From positions 1,687,475-1,729,071 of the forward strand of contig NC_068999.1 in NCBI RefSeq assembly GCF_001194135.2: a DNA stretch of 41,597 nucleotides, given 5' to 3'. The notes beneath the pieces were generated by a model. That model was not told the DNA's origin. It was given only the letters and a program-made list of their open reading frames with translations, and did no database searches. Each line of letters starts with the position of its first letter. The first letter of the stretch is position 1. The position numbers and the translations under genes were made by a program. Source of the stretch: Octopus bimaculoides (taxonomy: Eukaryota). Shown one piece after another: positions 1 through 14,879 of this stretch.

Positions 1-44
<44 letters not shown>
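1..44. repeat. (TA)n microsatellite
   Basis: Perfect dinucleotide run. Confidence 0.95.
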
Positions 45-48
<4 letters not shown>

Positions 49-869
49 ATGTAGATGTGAAGCAAACTACTTACTACACAGCCACATGTATTTATATATA
101 TATTTGTGCAGCACCATATTCCGTATAGCCGTATGCTGACTTTCAGCAATACTCTATAGAATTCCTTCGCGGAAATTGTGAAATGCTGAAGGGGAGAAAT
201 ATGCTAAACGGCAAAGGTACATTGAAAATCGTCACCCAGCAAGCAAGTATTATTTGATATGCTGTGCTCTGCATGCATTACCTGTATTAAAATCTTATGA
301 AATGGCGGACTAGTGACAGAGATTGCATATTATTTATTTTTGCCCGAGAAGACGGGACTCAAGAGAAGTGCTCTGCTCAAACACTCCACGGTTCACTGCC
401 CTTATGATAAAGAGCTTGATATGCTAATCAAAGGACAACATGTGTTCACAAAGGAATGCTACCAAAGCAACTTCAGTCCAATAATTTGTGTATAACCAAC
501 ACATTCTACACCTGCATCTGATCGATATTCATAAAAATTGTCATACCATTCTTAAAATACATACATATATGTATGATTATACAGGAATATAAATACACAA
601 GCACGCGCACGTATTTGTGCGTATACCTGTCTACAGTTAGCGGCGTATGAGTGTTTTGTTTCCTGTGAGAGTGTATGTGTGCGAATGTGAGTGCGCTTGT
701 GTTGTATATTTTCAATTTCGCATTTGGGATTTATCAAATTTATTCACATCTGCCTATACTTTTCAATGTTTGGCAGTTGCTTCCTCTTCTAACAAATAAA
801 TAAATAAATCGTCATTATTTTTATCATGACGCAAAAAAAAACCCATTATCATAGAAATCATTATTATCA

Positions 870-879
870 TTATTATTAT

Positions 880-911
<32 letters not shown>

Positions 912-917
912 ATACTA

Positions 918-984
<67 letters not shown>

Positions 985-1030
985 CAGTAATATTCATTAT
1001 TATAATTAATAGTATTAGTATTATTATTAA
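870..1030. repeat. Compound (ATT)/(TAC)/(TAG) trinucleotide array
   Basis: Directly visible; explains ORF 824..1186. Confidence 0.9.
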
Positions 1031-1198
1031 ATATTTTCCACGCACATACATATATACGTGTGTAAATAAATATACATATGTATGTATATATTTATGTATC
1101 TTATAGAGATATATACATAAATATACATATATATATATATACACACACACATATGTATATATACATATATACATACATATATGCATATATATTTACAT

Positions 1199-1262
<64 letters not shown>

Positions 1263-1812
1263 CCATATATATCCATAGAGAGCTCTCTAACGAAAAATCT
1301 ATAACAGTAATTACCATAATAATAATTATGTACATATATATATAAACATATATATATTTATATATATATATATATATTTATTTATTTCTATATACACACC
1401 CACACACATATATATATATATATACACATACATATATATCCATATACATATTTATCAAACTTATGTTCAAGTGTAATCACTGAAATTTATGAAGCGTAAT
1501 GAGAATGTTTAAGACTGTCTCAGATGTCACTATCCGTTACACAACACGGCGACAAGTGAACGGTATTTCACTGACAGCCAAAATGGCCGTCCATATCGGT
1601 AATTTATAGAAAATTTTTACGATCGCTTTCATTGTGCAGTTTGTTCTTTATGACATCGATATTTATGGTCTTGATGATACCTGTATGGTCGGGGAAGAAG
1701 GGATTTCATAAACTGCGGCTTCTTTCATACTTTTGTACATAACTATTGTTGTTCCGAGAACTGAATCTTGAGAATTGAATCGTTTATACATACGTACATT
1801 CGAACTACGCGC

Positions 1813-1884
<72 letters not shown>

Positions 1885-2335
1885 ACAGAAGTTACGTGTG
1901 GAGTCACCGCATTTATAGATTAATGACCTTATGCCGCAGCTGTGCTTGTAGAGCAGAGAAGACAATAATTCTGTTTAGGTTCGCCCGTTCATTGTATATC
2001 TTCACGTTATCCTTTCTCCACATAAAAAAAGAATAATATCGATACATATAGAGTATTTCCTTCAAGCAATTGCAGAAGTCCACAACTTTTGACTGGCACT
2101 TCACTAGTACGCATTGTACCCATCGTGGGACGCCGCAAGCAATGTCAAGCACTAATGAATGCTAAGTCAGAGGAATTGCCAATGAATAACGAGTAATATT
2201 GCAACTAAATACCGCAAGGCAGTTTTCTGACTTTCTAAAGTGTTTGGAATGCCGATCCCTCTTTTCGTCTTTAATTCAATATGTCTTCTTTCTATATCCT
2301 TTCCTCTATTTTTTATTTGCTCTTTCTCCCACTCT

Positions 2336-2338
<3 letters not shown>

Positions 2339-2424
<86 letters not shown>
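2339..2424. repeat. (CT)n microsatellite
   Basis: Directly visible. Confidence 0.95.
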
Positions 2425-2434
<10 letters not shown>

Positions 2435-2766
2435 CTTATCCCTAAATTTTTTCTTTGTTTTTCTTTCTCTTTGTGTATGTATAGATACTTACATACAGAT
2501 TTGTGTAAGTATACCTATGTATATATGTATGTATGTATGCATGTATGGTAGGAAAAGATCTTTATAATACGTGAAAGTAGATCGCTTAATTCATAGGTAG
2601 CAAGATAATAAGATATATAGATATACAAATAGATAAATAGTTGAACAGAGAGTAAGAGACAGATTTACATTTAACCATTTATACTTACATATATGTGCGT
2701 GAACACACACACATACATATATATATAAAAAGGTCAGTACATACGTCGATGATTGTATTAAAAGAT

Positions 2767-2846
<80 letters not shown>
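2767..2846. repeat. (GATA)n microsatellite
   Basis: Directly visible. Other GATA arrays occur at about 7293-7365, 14110-14205 and 15503-15565. Confidence 0.95.
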
Positions 2847-2847
<1 letters not shown>

Positions 2848-3239
2848 GAAATTAATAGATATAGATAAATAGATACACATCGATTTATTCATATAAATAA
2901 ATTATCAATCATTGTAATATAGATCTTTATCTTACGAAGCCATTGAAAATTATCCTAACATTATACCTTTGTATAATGTTATATAATTGTATGAGTATAT
3001 ATATACAACCATAGATAGATGTAAGTATATCTACACACTCACACACACACACGTGTATGTATATTTATATATAGAGGGAGAGAGAAAGAGAGCGAGAGAG
3101 AAAGAGAGCGAGAGAGAAAGAGAGCGAGAGAGAACAAGAAAGAGTATGAGTATAAGATAAGAGAATATTTGTGCGTGTTTGTACATATGAATGTGTGATA
3201 TATGCGTATGTGCTTATATATATATATATNNNNNNNNNN

Positions 3240-3286
<47 letters not shown>

Positions 3287-4976
3287 AACTGACATATATA
3301 TATATAATCATAAAGCCATTGAATTGTTGTGTACCGTATATGCATCTACGCGTATGTCTACATACACCCGTATAGAAATATACCTGCACATATACCTATG
3401 CAGGTGCGTACACTTCATCAGCTGTATTTAGAATTGGTTATTGAGTGAATAGTTTAGTACAAAAGAGAAAACAACACCTAAATATTGAAGAAATAAATAA
3501 GTTATTTTAACTATACTAACTTAATTACTTTATTTCACATTGACATTTCTATAATGAACTGATTCCCCTCGACCATTTCCATAATTAACTCATATCCTAG
3601 ACTCCCATTCACGAGAATAACATACGTAGATACTATAAGCGTGTGTTTGTATGTGTATATGTCCTTTGTTGCGTGTGTAAATATAATAGTTTTCTGTGTG
3701 GTTACATGTGTTTATACGTGTTATGTAGTGTGTAATAGTGTATTTGTGAGTTTCTGAGTCTGTGTGCGATTTGAGTTTTGTCTTTGCTTGTGTAAGTGCT
3801 TCAGTGTCTGTATGTATGAATTCGTGTTTTCTGTGTGTATGGTTATGTGTGTGTCCTCATGCATAAAGTCATAAATGTAATCTAACCACATGTCACCATT
3901 TCTTAATCCAAAAGTGAGTTTAATAAAGGATTATGTGAGTTAATGCGTTAGACTCTGTGTTAATACGTGAATATCTGGAACAGGGATGTATGGATAACTT
4001 TGTGCTTGTATGTGGTGCGATAGATCAGAGCTTTTTCCATTGTTTTCATTAGATATTCCATTGAATTACCAATAAATTTTTTTGAAAATTATGAAATAAT
4101 GTTATAAAGAAATGTCATAACATAACCAAAGAAAGAACTCCATCGACAGCAGCAGTATGAAATTTACAGACTTCACGTTATAGGATTGATCTGTCTTCTC
4201 AGGCATCAACAACGGTAGTTTTCATCGACAATAAACGCTAAAATAAAAGATGAGCTTTGCCAGGAAGAGAGCAGAGAGAGAAAGAGTAGAGAGAAAGAGA
4301 GAGAGAGAGAGAGAGAGCGGGGGAAAGAAAGAGTGGTGTACACGCGCGGAAATTGATCTACATTAATGAATAATAAGTATGATATGACATGTGGCTAAAA
4401 TGTCATTTTAATCTACCCTCATTTGTATCTAATTGACAAAATCCCATTCCTTGGTACTGCATAGAACTTTTCGCCAACCCGATGCTTTCACAATTAACTT
4501 TTTGATATTCCATAATTAATTTTCTTCGGTTCAAAGACAACTCTAACAATGGATATGAAGACACAGTTTGTAAAGCCATGCTGAAAAATATTATTTATAG
4601 TATTATTTCTATTGATAATACTCGTTTGTTAAATCAAAACTCTACTCTTTTGTATTTACATGAAGTTTGTAATTCCGCCATATTGACATTTAGAAAACAT
4701 TATCAAAGCTTAAATTGTAAGGATGTAGATTATATTATATACGGAATAATATTAATCGCTAAATGTACTTGAAAACCTCACGTTTAACAACCAGCCCACA
4801 CTCCTGCATAAACAGACGAAAACACGCATACTATAAGTATATAAAATCACGTATATATATACGCACTTACATTTATCTATCATATTTATTTGATGGCAAG
4901 TGTTTATGTGTGTGGGTCACAATATCAAGAATAGACACACACACACATAGACAGGTAGATATATATATATATATAT

Positions 4977-5011
<35 letters not shown>

Positions 5012-5086
5012 AACTATATCTTTCAGAGCTACTTACGTTTCAGTATGCATATATTTATATATATATACTATATATTTCTTCCGTAT

Positions 5087-5121
<35 letters not shown>

Positions 5122-5599
5122 AAAGAGAGTGAGAAAGACAGTGACAGAGAGCGAGAGAGGGAGAATGAGAGACGGAGAGAGGGAGAGAGAGATGCATTAG
5201 CTAATCATTAACTCATTATTGATAACAAACTTCCATCTCATTTAGCAAAGAAAAATCACACACGCAGCCACGCTCAAAGAAACGCAATGCAAAACACACA
5301 GAATAGCAAACACTCACACACGCACACACAAACACACAAACACACACGTACACACAAATACGTGCGTTCAATGAATATGTTGCACAATGACTGGTGATAT
5401 TTACCAATAGTTCATTAAAACTGAAAAGCTAAATATCATCTCAAACTTGGAATATATTGTTATAAGAGGAAAATAAAATAAGAGGAAATATAATTCTCCT
5501 CTAGAAAATACTACACCGATTCCACGTTCATAGAATTAAGAGTGTTGTCTTTGAATGGGCAATCCCTTTCTTACTCTTACTTTTCCTCTCTATGTCTCT

Positions 5600-5614
5600 A
5601 TCTCTCTCTCTATC

Positions 5615-5677
<63 letters not shown>

Positions 5678-6071
5678 NNNNNNNNNNNNNNNNNNNNNNN
5701 NNNNNNNNNNNNNNNNNNNNNNNNNNNNNNNNNNNNNNNNNNNNNNNNNNNNNNNNNNNNNNNNNNNNNNNNNNNNNNNNNNNNNNNNNNNNNNNNNNNN
5801 NNNNNNNNNNNNNNNNNNNNNNNNNNNNNNNNNNNNNNNNNNNNNNNNNNNNNNNNNNNNNNNNNNNNNNNNNNNNNNNNNNNNNNNNNNNNNNNNNNNN
5901 NNNNNNNNNNNNNNNNNNNNNNNNNNNNNNNNNNNNNNNNNNNNNNNNNNNNNNNNNNNNNNNNNNNNNNNNNNNNNNNNNNNNNNNNNNNNNNNNNNNN
6001 NNNNNNNNNNNNNNNNNNNNNNNNNNNNNNNNNNNNNNNNNNNNNNNNNNNNNNNNNNNNNNNNNNNNNNN

Positions 6072-6122
<51 letters not shown>
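5600..6122. repeat. (TC)n - assembly gap (5678-6071) - (TG)n
   Basis: Gap flanked by microsatellites. Most other large gaps are likewise microsatellite-flanked on at least one side (9006-9404, 10379-10522, 14880-15459, 25141-25365, 27311-27961, 29268-29572, 38851-38940); a further large gap lies at 21501-21911. Confidence 0.95.
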
Positions 6123-6125
<3 letters not shown>

Positions 6126-6286
6126 CGTGTGTGTTCGTGCAGGTGTGTGAGTATACATATTCATATATGGATATATATAGTGAGTAAGAGTGAGAGAGAT
6201 AGTGGGAGAGAGAAATAAATATATACATATATAGACACACACACATATATAAGCGCACACGCACGTGCGTGCTTTTGTCTGTGTGT

Positions 6287-6371
<85 letters not shown>

Positions 6372-7254
6372 TGTGTGTCCGTCCGTCCTAGGAATGAGTT
6401 ACCTGCAAACGGTTCTGGAGTCCTGGTATGGGAGTTCCAAGGTTTTCAGGGATTTGAAACCGCCTTTTGCCACAATAATGAGTACTCTGACCAATTATAA
6501 AATTTATGTTTATATAAATATGCATAATTGCTTATGACTGTTTGCGCATGTGTGCAAGTGTGTGTGTGTGTGTGTTTGTGTGTGTATGTGTGTGCATATG
6601 TGTGTCTGTGTTTGTGTGTGCGTCTGTACGTGCATATATGAACGCCGATGTTTTCTATAGTAAATTAAATGAGGATTTTAAAACGACTACATTTTTTTAA
6701 TGGATAAACTTGCAATACACGAGTACTCTTAATAGCATGCTGTACTTTAGTTTTATCTTTTTTTTTTCCTTCTCTTTGTAACCACCAATATGGATGGAAA
6801 GCAAGCCCTGCAATGGTGACACGATAATTCGAAACCGGCTCCTTCAGTCCGTTGTACGGCTGCATTACCGCTCCCACTGCAAAGACTTTACTTTCTATTT
6901 ATTCTCTCTCCTCTCCCCGTACACATCCTTTTCAATACCCCACTCCTTCTTCCTCGTTACGATGTTCAATTCTGTTTGATGTTGGTTAGTATTGGATAGC
7001 AATGGTGGACAATCAGTTAGCAATTTCAGTGACTTCCGCTTCCGGCGCTACTCATTAAAAATAACTATTCAACTATTCAGATTCAGTTAACTTAAATACG
7101 TTTACTCTTTGTATCACTTAATGATCATCACGTAAACTTACCAACTACAGAGCTTCTGGCAGCGCGGGGCGTTGTAATATCGAATGACATTTATAATATA
7201 ACTTCGCATACATACACACAAATACGTATACATATATATATATATGTGTGTGTG

Positions 7255-7364
<110 letters not shown>

Positions 7365-8199
7365 TAGCATTTAATAAATACTTAAGTTACGGCTAAGCTA
7401 CTTCAAGGTTCATTCGCGCAAACTACAATACATGCTCGCTTTTATACAGCTCTGAATGCCATACAACAATTAGAACCCTTAGAAGCAAACACCTGCTTTA
7501 AATCTTGTTCTCCATATCAGCGCGTTTCTTGTATTACTTACACTTCGTGATTTCATGTCCCTGATAAAGAAATATATCCTGCAGCACTCATATATCCACC
7601 AGTGTTAAAGAAGTGCAAAAACTACACCCACCGCCAAACATGAGGGATGCAAAACCATTCGCATATCATTCAATCAGCACTAAAGACAAGGCAGCGTTTA
7701 GATTATAAATAATCATAGGCTCAGCCTCATTAGAGCACGAAAACCAAAAGGGTTTATCAATTATGGTAATATCATTCCGCATACTATTCTTTCATATTAC
7801 AGGAATAACACATTTTCCTGAGATACCATTAGAAATTCGTTATTTCCTTTTTTACGTTGGTGTTTTTTTTTATAATTTTAATCTCAAACATTTTTTGTTT
7901 TCTTTATAGCTTTCGTCATTTCAGTCCCTATTCGTTTCATTATGGACCATATCACATGATTCAAATTACTCTAGTTACTAACTTGATTGGTAGCGTAATT
8001 AACGTGTTTCTTCTGACTAAATTGTCAAGCGAAGCCTTCTCTAAAATTATGTACAAAAGTTAAAAGAAGACAAAAGCTAAGGATTATCATATTTGTCCAA
8101 TGCCACCTCCCTTGTCCCAGAGGAATGCATGTATAAATGTTATGTACGAATGTATGGATGTATACACCCATACATATAGTATATATATATTTATATATA

Positions 8200-8400
8200 G
8201 GGAGAATTCATACAAAAAAAGACGAAGGCAGGTGGTGTAGACAACAAACAGATGTATTAGTATAACGCTCGGGAAATGAAAAAGTCTTTAACGTTTCGAG
8301 CCTACGTTCTTCCACAGAAAGGAACACAGAAAGAAACAAGGAGAGAAAAAAAGGTAACGGCTAGCGATCTATCATGGCGAATGCCGGACAGAGGGATCAC
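8200..8400 (-). mobile_element. Probable Penelope-like pLTR fragment around the variant hammerhead
   Basis: Short unique segment next to a (TA)n tract that contains the hammerhead-like motif and pyrimidine-rich flanks. Boundaries are approximate. Confidence 0.35.
8286..8321 (-). ncRNA. Degenerate/variant minimal hammerhead-like motif
   Basis: Minus strand reads CTTT-CTGTGGA-A-GAAC(GTAG)GCTC-GAAA-CG-T-T-AAAG. Stem I is CTTT/AAAG, stem II is 3 of 4 bp, and stem III is the palindrome ACGT. The core is CUGUGGA instead of CUGANGA. Confidence 0.5.
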
Positions 8401-9485
8401 ACAGAAGAGCTAGGAAGAAGGGAAGATAGTAAAGGTGCGCGCGCGTCTGCATAAGAGAGCATGTGTGTGCGTGTGGAAGGGGGCTGGTGACCTTGACGTG
8501 TGCATGTGCAGGTGTGTGGATGATGGAGTGGGTGCTGGGAAGTGGTCAGTGCTAGTGTGTGCAGGGTGGTGTGATGTGATGTCGTGTTGTGTGGTATGGT
8601 GGTGCATGTTTTTCTAAATATGCACAAATGACAGGAGTGTCACGTCCAGAACGTCTGTACTCAGCATTCTGCTAAGTTGCACCTCACCTTATCATGGACG
8701 TATAAAAACAATAAGAAAACAAAAGCAAACAATTCAGCAGCAGCAGCACTAACATAAGCCAGAGTAACACCTGCAACAGCAGCAACAACAAAAAACACCA
8801 ATGACAAATGTGAAAGCGACAATAGTACAACAGGAAGGAGAACAGCGGAGAGAAATGCAAACGCAGGTAGAACAACAACTAGGTCAATGATGGAAGAACG
8901 GTTTTGCTCATTTTTCTGAAGCTCGTGTTTCGTTACTCTGACGACATTGCTGTTACCGCGGAGATGCTTCAGTACCAGCATGACGACGACGACGACGACG
9001 ACGACNNNNNNNNNNNNNNNNNNNNNNNNNNNNNNNNNNNNNNNNNNNNNNNNNNNNNNNNNNNNNNNNNNNNNNNNNNNNNNNNNNNNNNNNNNNNNNN
9101 NNNNNNNNNNNNNNNNNNNNNNNNNNNNNNNNNNNNNNNNNNNNNNNNNNNNNNNNNNNNNNNNNNNNNNNNNNNNNNNNNNNNNNNNNNNNNNNNNNNN
9201 NNNNNNNNNNNNNNNNNNNNNNNNNNNNNNNNNNNNNNNNNNNNNNNNNNNNNNNNNNNNNNNNNNNNNNNNNNNNNNNNNNNNNNNNNNNNNNNNNNNN
9301 NNNNNNNNNNNNNNNNNNNNNNNNNNNNNNNNNNNNNNNNNNNNNNNNNNNNNNNNNNNNNNNNNNNNNNNNNNNNNNNNNNNNNNNNNNNNNNNNNNNN
9401 NNNNCTCTTGTGTGTGTATATGCGACTCAGTGAGTATATGCATGTTGTATATGTATTTGTGCATGTTCCATTGAGTCAGCCTGTC

Positions 9486-9520
<35 letters not shown>

Positions 9521-10539
9521 ATTTATGTATGTATGTAAATAGGTATTTATATATATATCAGTATTTCTATACACACGTATGCATGTGTGTGTATGTGTTG
9601 AAACACACATCTATGCTTACATGTATGTATGCATGCATGTACGATGTAGTCAACACTTTATAACAAAAATATATAAATCAGCGCGATAGAAACTGATAAA
9701 AGAAATACAGTGCTATAAGTATGGAACTGTCAGAGACAAAGAGAGAAAGAGAAAGAACAACGGGAGTGAGAGAGAGAGAGAGAGAGAGGTAAGTGAATGA
9801 ATGAAGACTTTGGGCGGTAGGGAGGTTGACATACTAAGTGGAATGTATTTAAAGAGTCAAATGAATCGATGGATCGATAAAGTGACAAATAGATAAGCAG
9901 TTAGAATCGATTAAGTGGTCTTCTCATTAGCTACGTGAGATAATATTATAGCAATTTCTTGCAAAACTGATTCCTTCAATAATTAATATATTATAGATAC
10001 CAGCATAATTACTGTTACTACTACTACTACTACTACTAATATTACTATAGTACTATTATTACCACCACTAATCCTACGATTACTCCTGTAGACATTATTG
10101 ATTTCCAATATTGACGTAGAATGCAAGATATATTCATAATGTGTGTGGAATCACTTATAAAGGTATAAGAAAAGAGTACTGCATTCGGTCATGACTGCAA
10201 CTTGAACCCACATCCTCTAAGTTGTACTTCGGTTGACACGCGTACGTGCATTGAAATTTGCTGACATGCCATTTATAGTGTCGTTGTCAGCAGTTTCTCA
10301 CTGTTATACTATACATGCGCGTACATATATATATATATGTAATATAAATAATGTATATATATATATATATATATATATNNNNNNNNNNNNNNNNNNNNNN
10401 NNNNNNNNNNNNNNNNNNNNNNNNNNNNNNNNNNNNNNNNNNNNNNNNNNNNNNNNNNNNNNNNNNNNNNNNNNNNNNNNNNNNNNNNNNNNNNNNNNNN
10501 NNNNNNNNNNNNNNNNNNNNNNTATATAAACAAGGCGTT

Positions 10540-10748
10540 GTGACACTGAGCGCGTCTACGTTCTGGTTCATTCAGCTGGCAAAAATGAGTTATACCTGTA
10601 ATTGAAAGGGCCAACCTTACCACCTTCTGTGCTAAACTGAATCTCCCCGAGAACTACCTTAAGAGTATGCGTGTCACACGTTAGTTTCACGATCAGGTTA
10701 ATCCGTCGATTTCATCAACCGCATTACTCACTGCAGTAACCGAGGGAG
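10540..10748 (+). mobile_element. CORE-type SINE, 5'-truncated (same family as 32033-32357)
   Basis: TTCAGCTGGCAAAAATGAGTTATACCTGTAATTGAAAGGGCC...CAGTAACCGAGGGA aligns with the reverse complement of 32040-32240. Confidence 0.7.
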
Positions 10749-10752
10749 AACC

Positions 10753-10789
<37 letters not shown>

Positions 10790-11791
10790 CTCGAGTTGAT
10801 AGTAAAGAGACAGACTTGGGTTCCTGAGACTGCACCATCCAGTATGCATTTTGCTCTTTAAATACAGTTGAGGTAGATTGAGGAATATTTTGTTACTGTT
10901 TCTACCGGGTGGAGCAACTTGTAGCTTCAGTTTTATTTGAGAATACTGAATATTGCTCCGTTTTTCAAGCACACAGGGAAAAGATCGCAGGTCTATAGGA
11001 TTTGTATAGTCAAATCATTGAACCACCCCATCACTAAGGTAGCCGCTACTTTTCTCTTTAACTGTAGTTGATAACCTTTTTTCGCTTTTTTATTAAAGAG
11101 CTATTTCATTCACTTGGCAGTTCTGAAAAACAATATTGAAAGAGAATGGCAGGAAAATAAAAGTCGCAAAGTAACCTGGAGTATTAAAAAGAGAAAATGA
11201 CAATTCAAGAGTTTTTATATCGACAAGAATATATCAATAACTTCTTCATAACTTTTTAATCAAACCTCACAAATCCAGTCATTATTCTTTCTGTAATTTG
11301 TTTCATTATAACTTATATTATAAATTCTGTAATTTTAGCAATTAAAGGAAAATGCTACATCATTTTCAAGTGGTTAACGAACATTGTGTCATATAAATAT
11401 TAAATATATGACAGAATCGAATTTTCCATTGTTGGAAAAACTTAAGACTCAGATTTATAAAATAAGAAAAAGTGTCCGGCGAGTTGACAGTGAGATACGT
11501 TCTCCTCTGATATAATGTAGGATAACAGTGGAACGCCACAAACAGGAGAGGTTAGGGAGCTGAAGGAGGAGGGTGAAATGAAATAAATTAAAATAAAATA
11601 CTATTCAACATAGTAAAGTACGAGGCGGTATGGAGCAAGTTTAATTTTACCGGATAGATTTATGGATATGAAGGTTTTAAAGGTTCCTGTGGGATTAAGG
11701 ATATATAAAAGGTTTATGGATATAAGAGTGGGTGTAAAGCTAGATGAATAAAAAGACAGACAGAAGAGAAGGTCGACAGATAGATAGATAA

Positions 11792-11842
<51 letters not shown>

Positions 11843-12556
11843 TGTTTCCTACAAGTGTCGTGTGACCTGTAGAGAGCCTACTTATATTATTCTAATGTAA
11901 GGTGTTTGCTGGATAATCCTAGTTCAATTTTTAGATAATCTATTAGTCTGAATTGGAGGATGAAATGAAGGAATTAGCTATTAAACGACTGTATTGAATT
12001 CTCGATCAACGTAAACCGAATTTAAGACATAAAGGTGAAAAAATAATTTTTTTCTAACAATGAAAATGGTGTCCTTAACGAACGACGCTTATATTTCGTG
12101 AGAGAAAACTGTAAAAAAATGTCGACGCTTGTTTCAGTTTGACTAAATTAAATTACATCAATATATCTACACGAATTTTATTTAAATTCGTATGTTCACT
12201 TGTATTTTTCTTTAGATTTTAGTATTTGCTTCTTCTCCTAATTGTATACAAAGTGTAAATCATAAAAAATACGCAATTTAACAGCGAGAGTTATGGAGTA
12301 AGGACAAAAGCTTTTATCCAGACGAATTTCAATATCACATTTTTATACACTTTTCTTATTTTGCAAAATTATTTCGAAATATTTATTTTCGATTTTATTT
12401 GAGAAGAATTTTTGGGTTCTGAATTTCCCATTCTTTTTTTATCTTTTCTTGAAACTTTGGTTTGTTTTATTCTTTTTTATTTATGTGCATATTTATTTAT
12501 TTATTTATTGCTTCCATTCCATTTTAAAATCATTTTGAAAGATACCCAACGTATTT

Positions 12557-12559
<3 letters not shown>

Positions 12560-12587
<28 letters not shown>

Positions 12588-12711
12588 TTGTGTGTGTGTA
12601 TACATCTGTATATATATATATTGTGTGTGTATATATGTATACATCTGTATATACCTGTGTTTGTGTATGTGCGCGTATGTATATGTATTTATGTGAGTGT
12701 GTGTGTATGTG

Positions 12712-12749
<38 letters not shown>

Positions 12750-12759
12750 NNNNNNNNNN

Positions 12760-12799
<40 letters not shown>

Positions 12800-12893
12800 G
12801 TATATATGTGTGTGCGTGCGCGTTTGTGTATATGTATGTAGAATTATGTATATATATATATATATGTCATATATATAAGTATTTATCTATCTC

Positions 12894-12992
<99 letters not shown>

Positions 12993-13011
12993 TATATATA
13001 TATGTGTGTGT

Positions 13012-13057
<46 letters not shown>

Positions 13058-13270
13058 ATGTGTGTATATATATTTACGTGCGTGTATGCATATATGTATA
13101 CATATATATATATATATACATACATACCCATACATATACGTATGTTCATATTTGTACATCTTTCTATATATATCTGTATGTCTCTCTGAAAATATATAAC
13201 TATGTGTGTGTGCGTGTGTGTGTGTGTGCGTCTGTGTATGTCCACGCATATACATATGAATGCGTGCGTG
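12560..13270. repeat. Compound (TG)n/(TA)n/(TC)n microsatellite block
   Basis: Directly visible. Confidence 0.9.
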
Positions 13271-13499
13271 TGTTTGTCTATTTCTTTTTCTTTTTTTAAT
13301 AAATTAGTTTACCATCTTATGAATTCCTTTTATATTTATATCGTCAAATCCATTTCTCAGAAATCTTTTGGAACTTGGGTAGTGGTGGTGGTGGTAGCGG
13401 TGGTGGTGGGGAGAGGGAAATAGATTCTTCTCCTTGTAAAGAATTCTGCAAATAAAGAAAGTGTTGTTCACAAAATAATACACTGACAATCTCTATTAC

Positions 13500-13635
13500 A
13501 AACGGCAACAACAACAACAATAATGATGATGACGATGATGATGATGATGATGCAGTAGCAACAGATGGTGATGATGATGATGGTGGTGTTGATGATGGTG
13601 TTGATGATAACCACGACGATGATGATGACGGCAAT
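13500..13635. repeat. Compound (CAA)/(GAT)/(GGT) trinucleotide array
   Basis: Directly visible. Confidence 0.85.
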
Positions 13636-14106
13636 GATAAGAAAAAGAAGGAAGTTTTGTTTTATTTCGAATTCAAAGCTAAATAAAATGTTCTTCGTTT
13701 CACCGTTATTACTGTCTATATTTTGAACAATGACAAGCTACACACCCAGCTGGGCATGGCACTATGGTTCTCTCTCTCACTCTCTCTCTCTCTCTCTCTT
13801 CCTCTTTTTATCTCTCTCTAAATCACTCTTTCTCCCTTTTCTCCGTCTTCTTTTCTTATCTCCATCGAAAATGTTTCGCATTGCCTTGCGTGCGCGCATA
13901 GTCGCTGAGTGTGCATGTGTGTGTGACATTGTGTGTCTACACTCAGGTATATATAAATATACACACACAAGTGTACATATATATATATATACTTATATGT
14001 TTGCGTACGTATATATGTCTCTATATATGTATATATACATATGAATATACGTTTGTGTGTATATACGTGTATATATATGTACATATATACACACATATAT
14101 AAACGC

Positions 14107-14152
<46 letters not shown>

Positions 14153-14162
14153 NNNNNNNNNN

Positions 14163-14207
<45 letters not shown>

Positions 14208-14841
14208 TCGCTTGCATGTTGTTAAGAGCTAAGTCTAAGTTGATTGGCATTTCGCGCAGCCAATACAAAATATTTACTGATTTATTATACAGAAGCCTTT
14301 TGAGTCCTAATCTGGCCAGACTTGAATCCCTTATCAAATAGTGAAATGAGCAAACGAGATGGAAATGCATCCATCATTCCAATAATTCCGCTCTGAGCTA
14401 ACGGTGGTGTTTAAACGCTTTATTATCTTAAGCGACAAATATTTTCTCTGTGACAAACTCAAGTGAAATGCCTTTACACGTTCAAATATCTCTCAAACAC
14501 ATTGGAGCTGTTTCTCTAACTTCTGTCACAGCTTCATCCATCTTCTCGCGTATCTGTTCCGTCCTGGCAGCCAATATGTGCAATCCGTAAATAATACTTA
14601 ACTATTTACAATGTTTATAAACATGGATAATTTATGCGTGACGTATGAATGAGAATTAGGGTAGGATAGTATAGAAAATAGAGGTGATGTTGAAACGTTC
14701 TTGACTTTAAGGGTTTCCCGAAAGGACTGGATGGAGGTCTATCCTCCCAAATGAAGGGCCGCTGCAATAAATGTGTGAATCTAAGAAGGGAATATGTTGA
14801 GCGAAATCATATTTTCTTTTACCCAAAGCCAGGAACTTTTT

Positions 14842-14879
<38 letters not shown>

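Noticed and set aside
1663-1790. Possible minus-strand exon with AG/GT boundaries (DSVLGTTIVMYK...)
   Set aside because: No recognisable protein and no partner exons; such boundaries are common by chance.
2010-2135. Minus-strand reading ...KSCGLLQLLEGNTLYV resembling a TNF/C1q C-terminal strand
   Set aside because: Only about 45 codons between stops, with no other domain motifs and no usable splice acceptor.
8661-9542. Long ORFs on both strands (hydrophobic on the minus strand) over a CAG/CAA-rich segment
   Set aside because: Length comes from N read-through. The hydrophobicity simply mirrors CAA/CAG repeats, and all plus frames contain stops.
13490-13685. Asp/Asn-rich reading NGNNNN...DDDD...KKKKE
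   Set aside because: It is a compound trinucleotide microsatellite with no splice or homology support.
14430-14605. Minus-strand reading resembling a Tc1/mariner C-terminal helix
   Set aside because: No diagnostic residues could be aligned with confidence.
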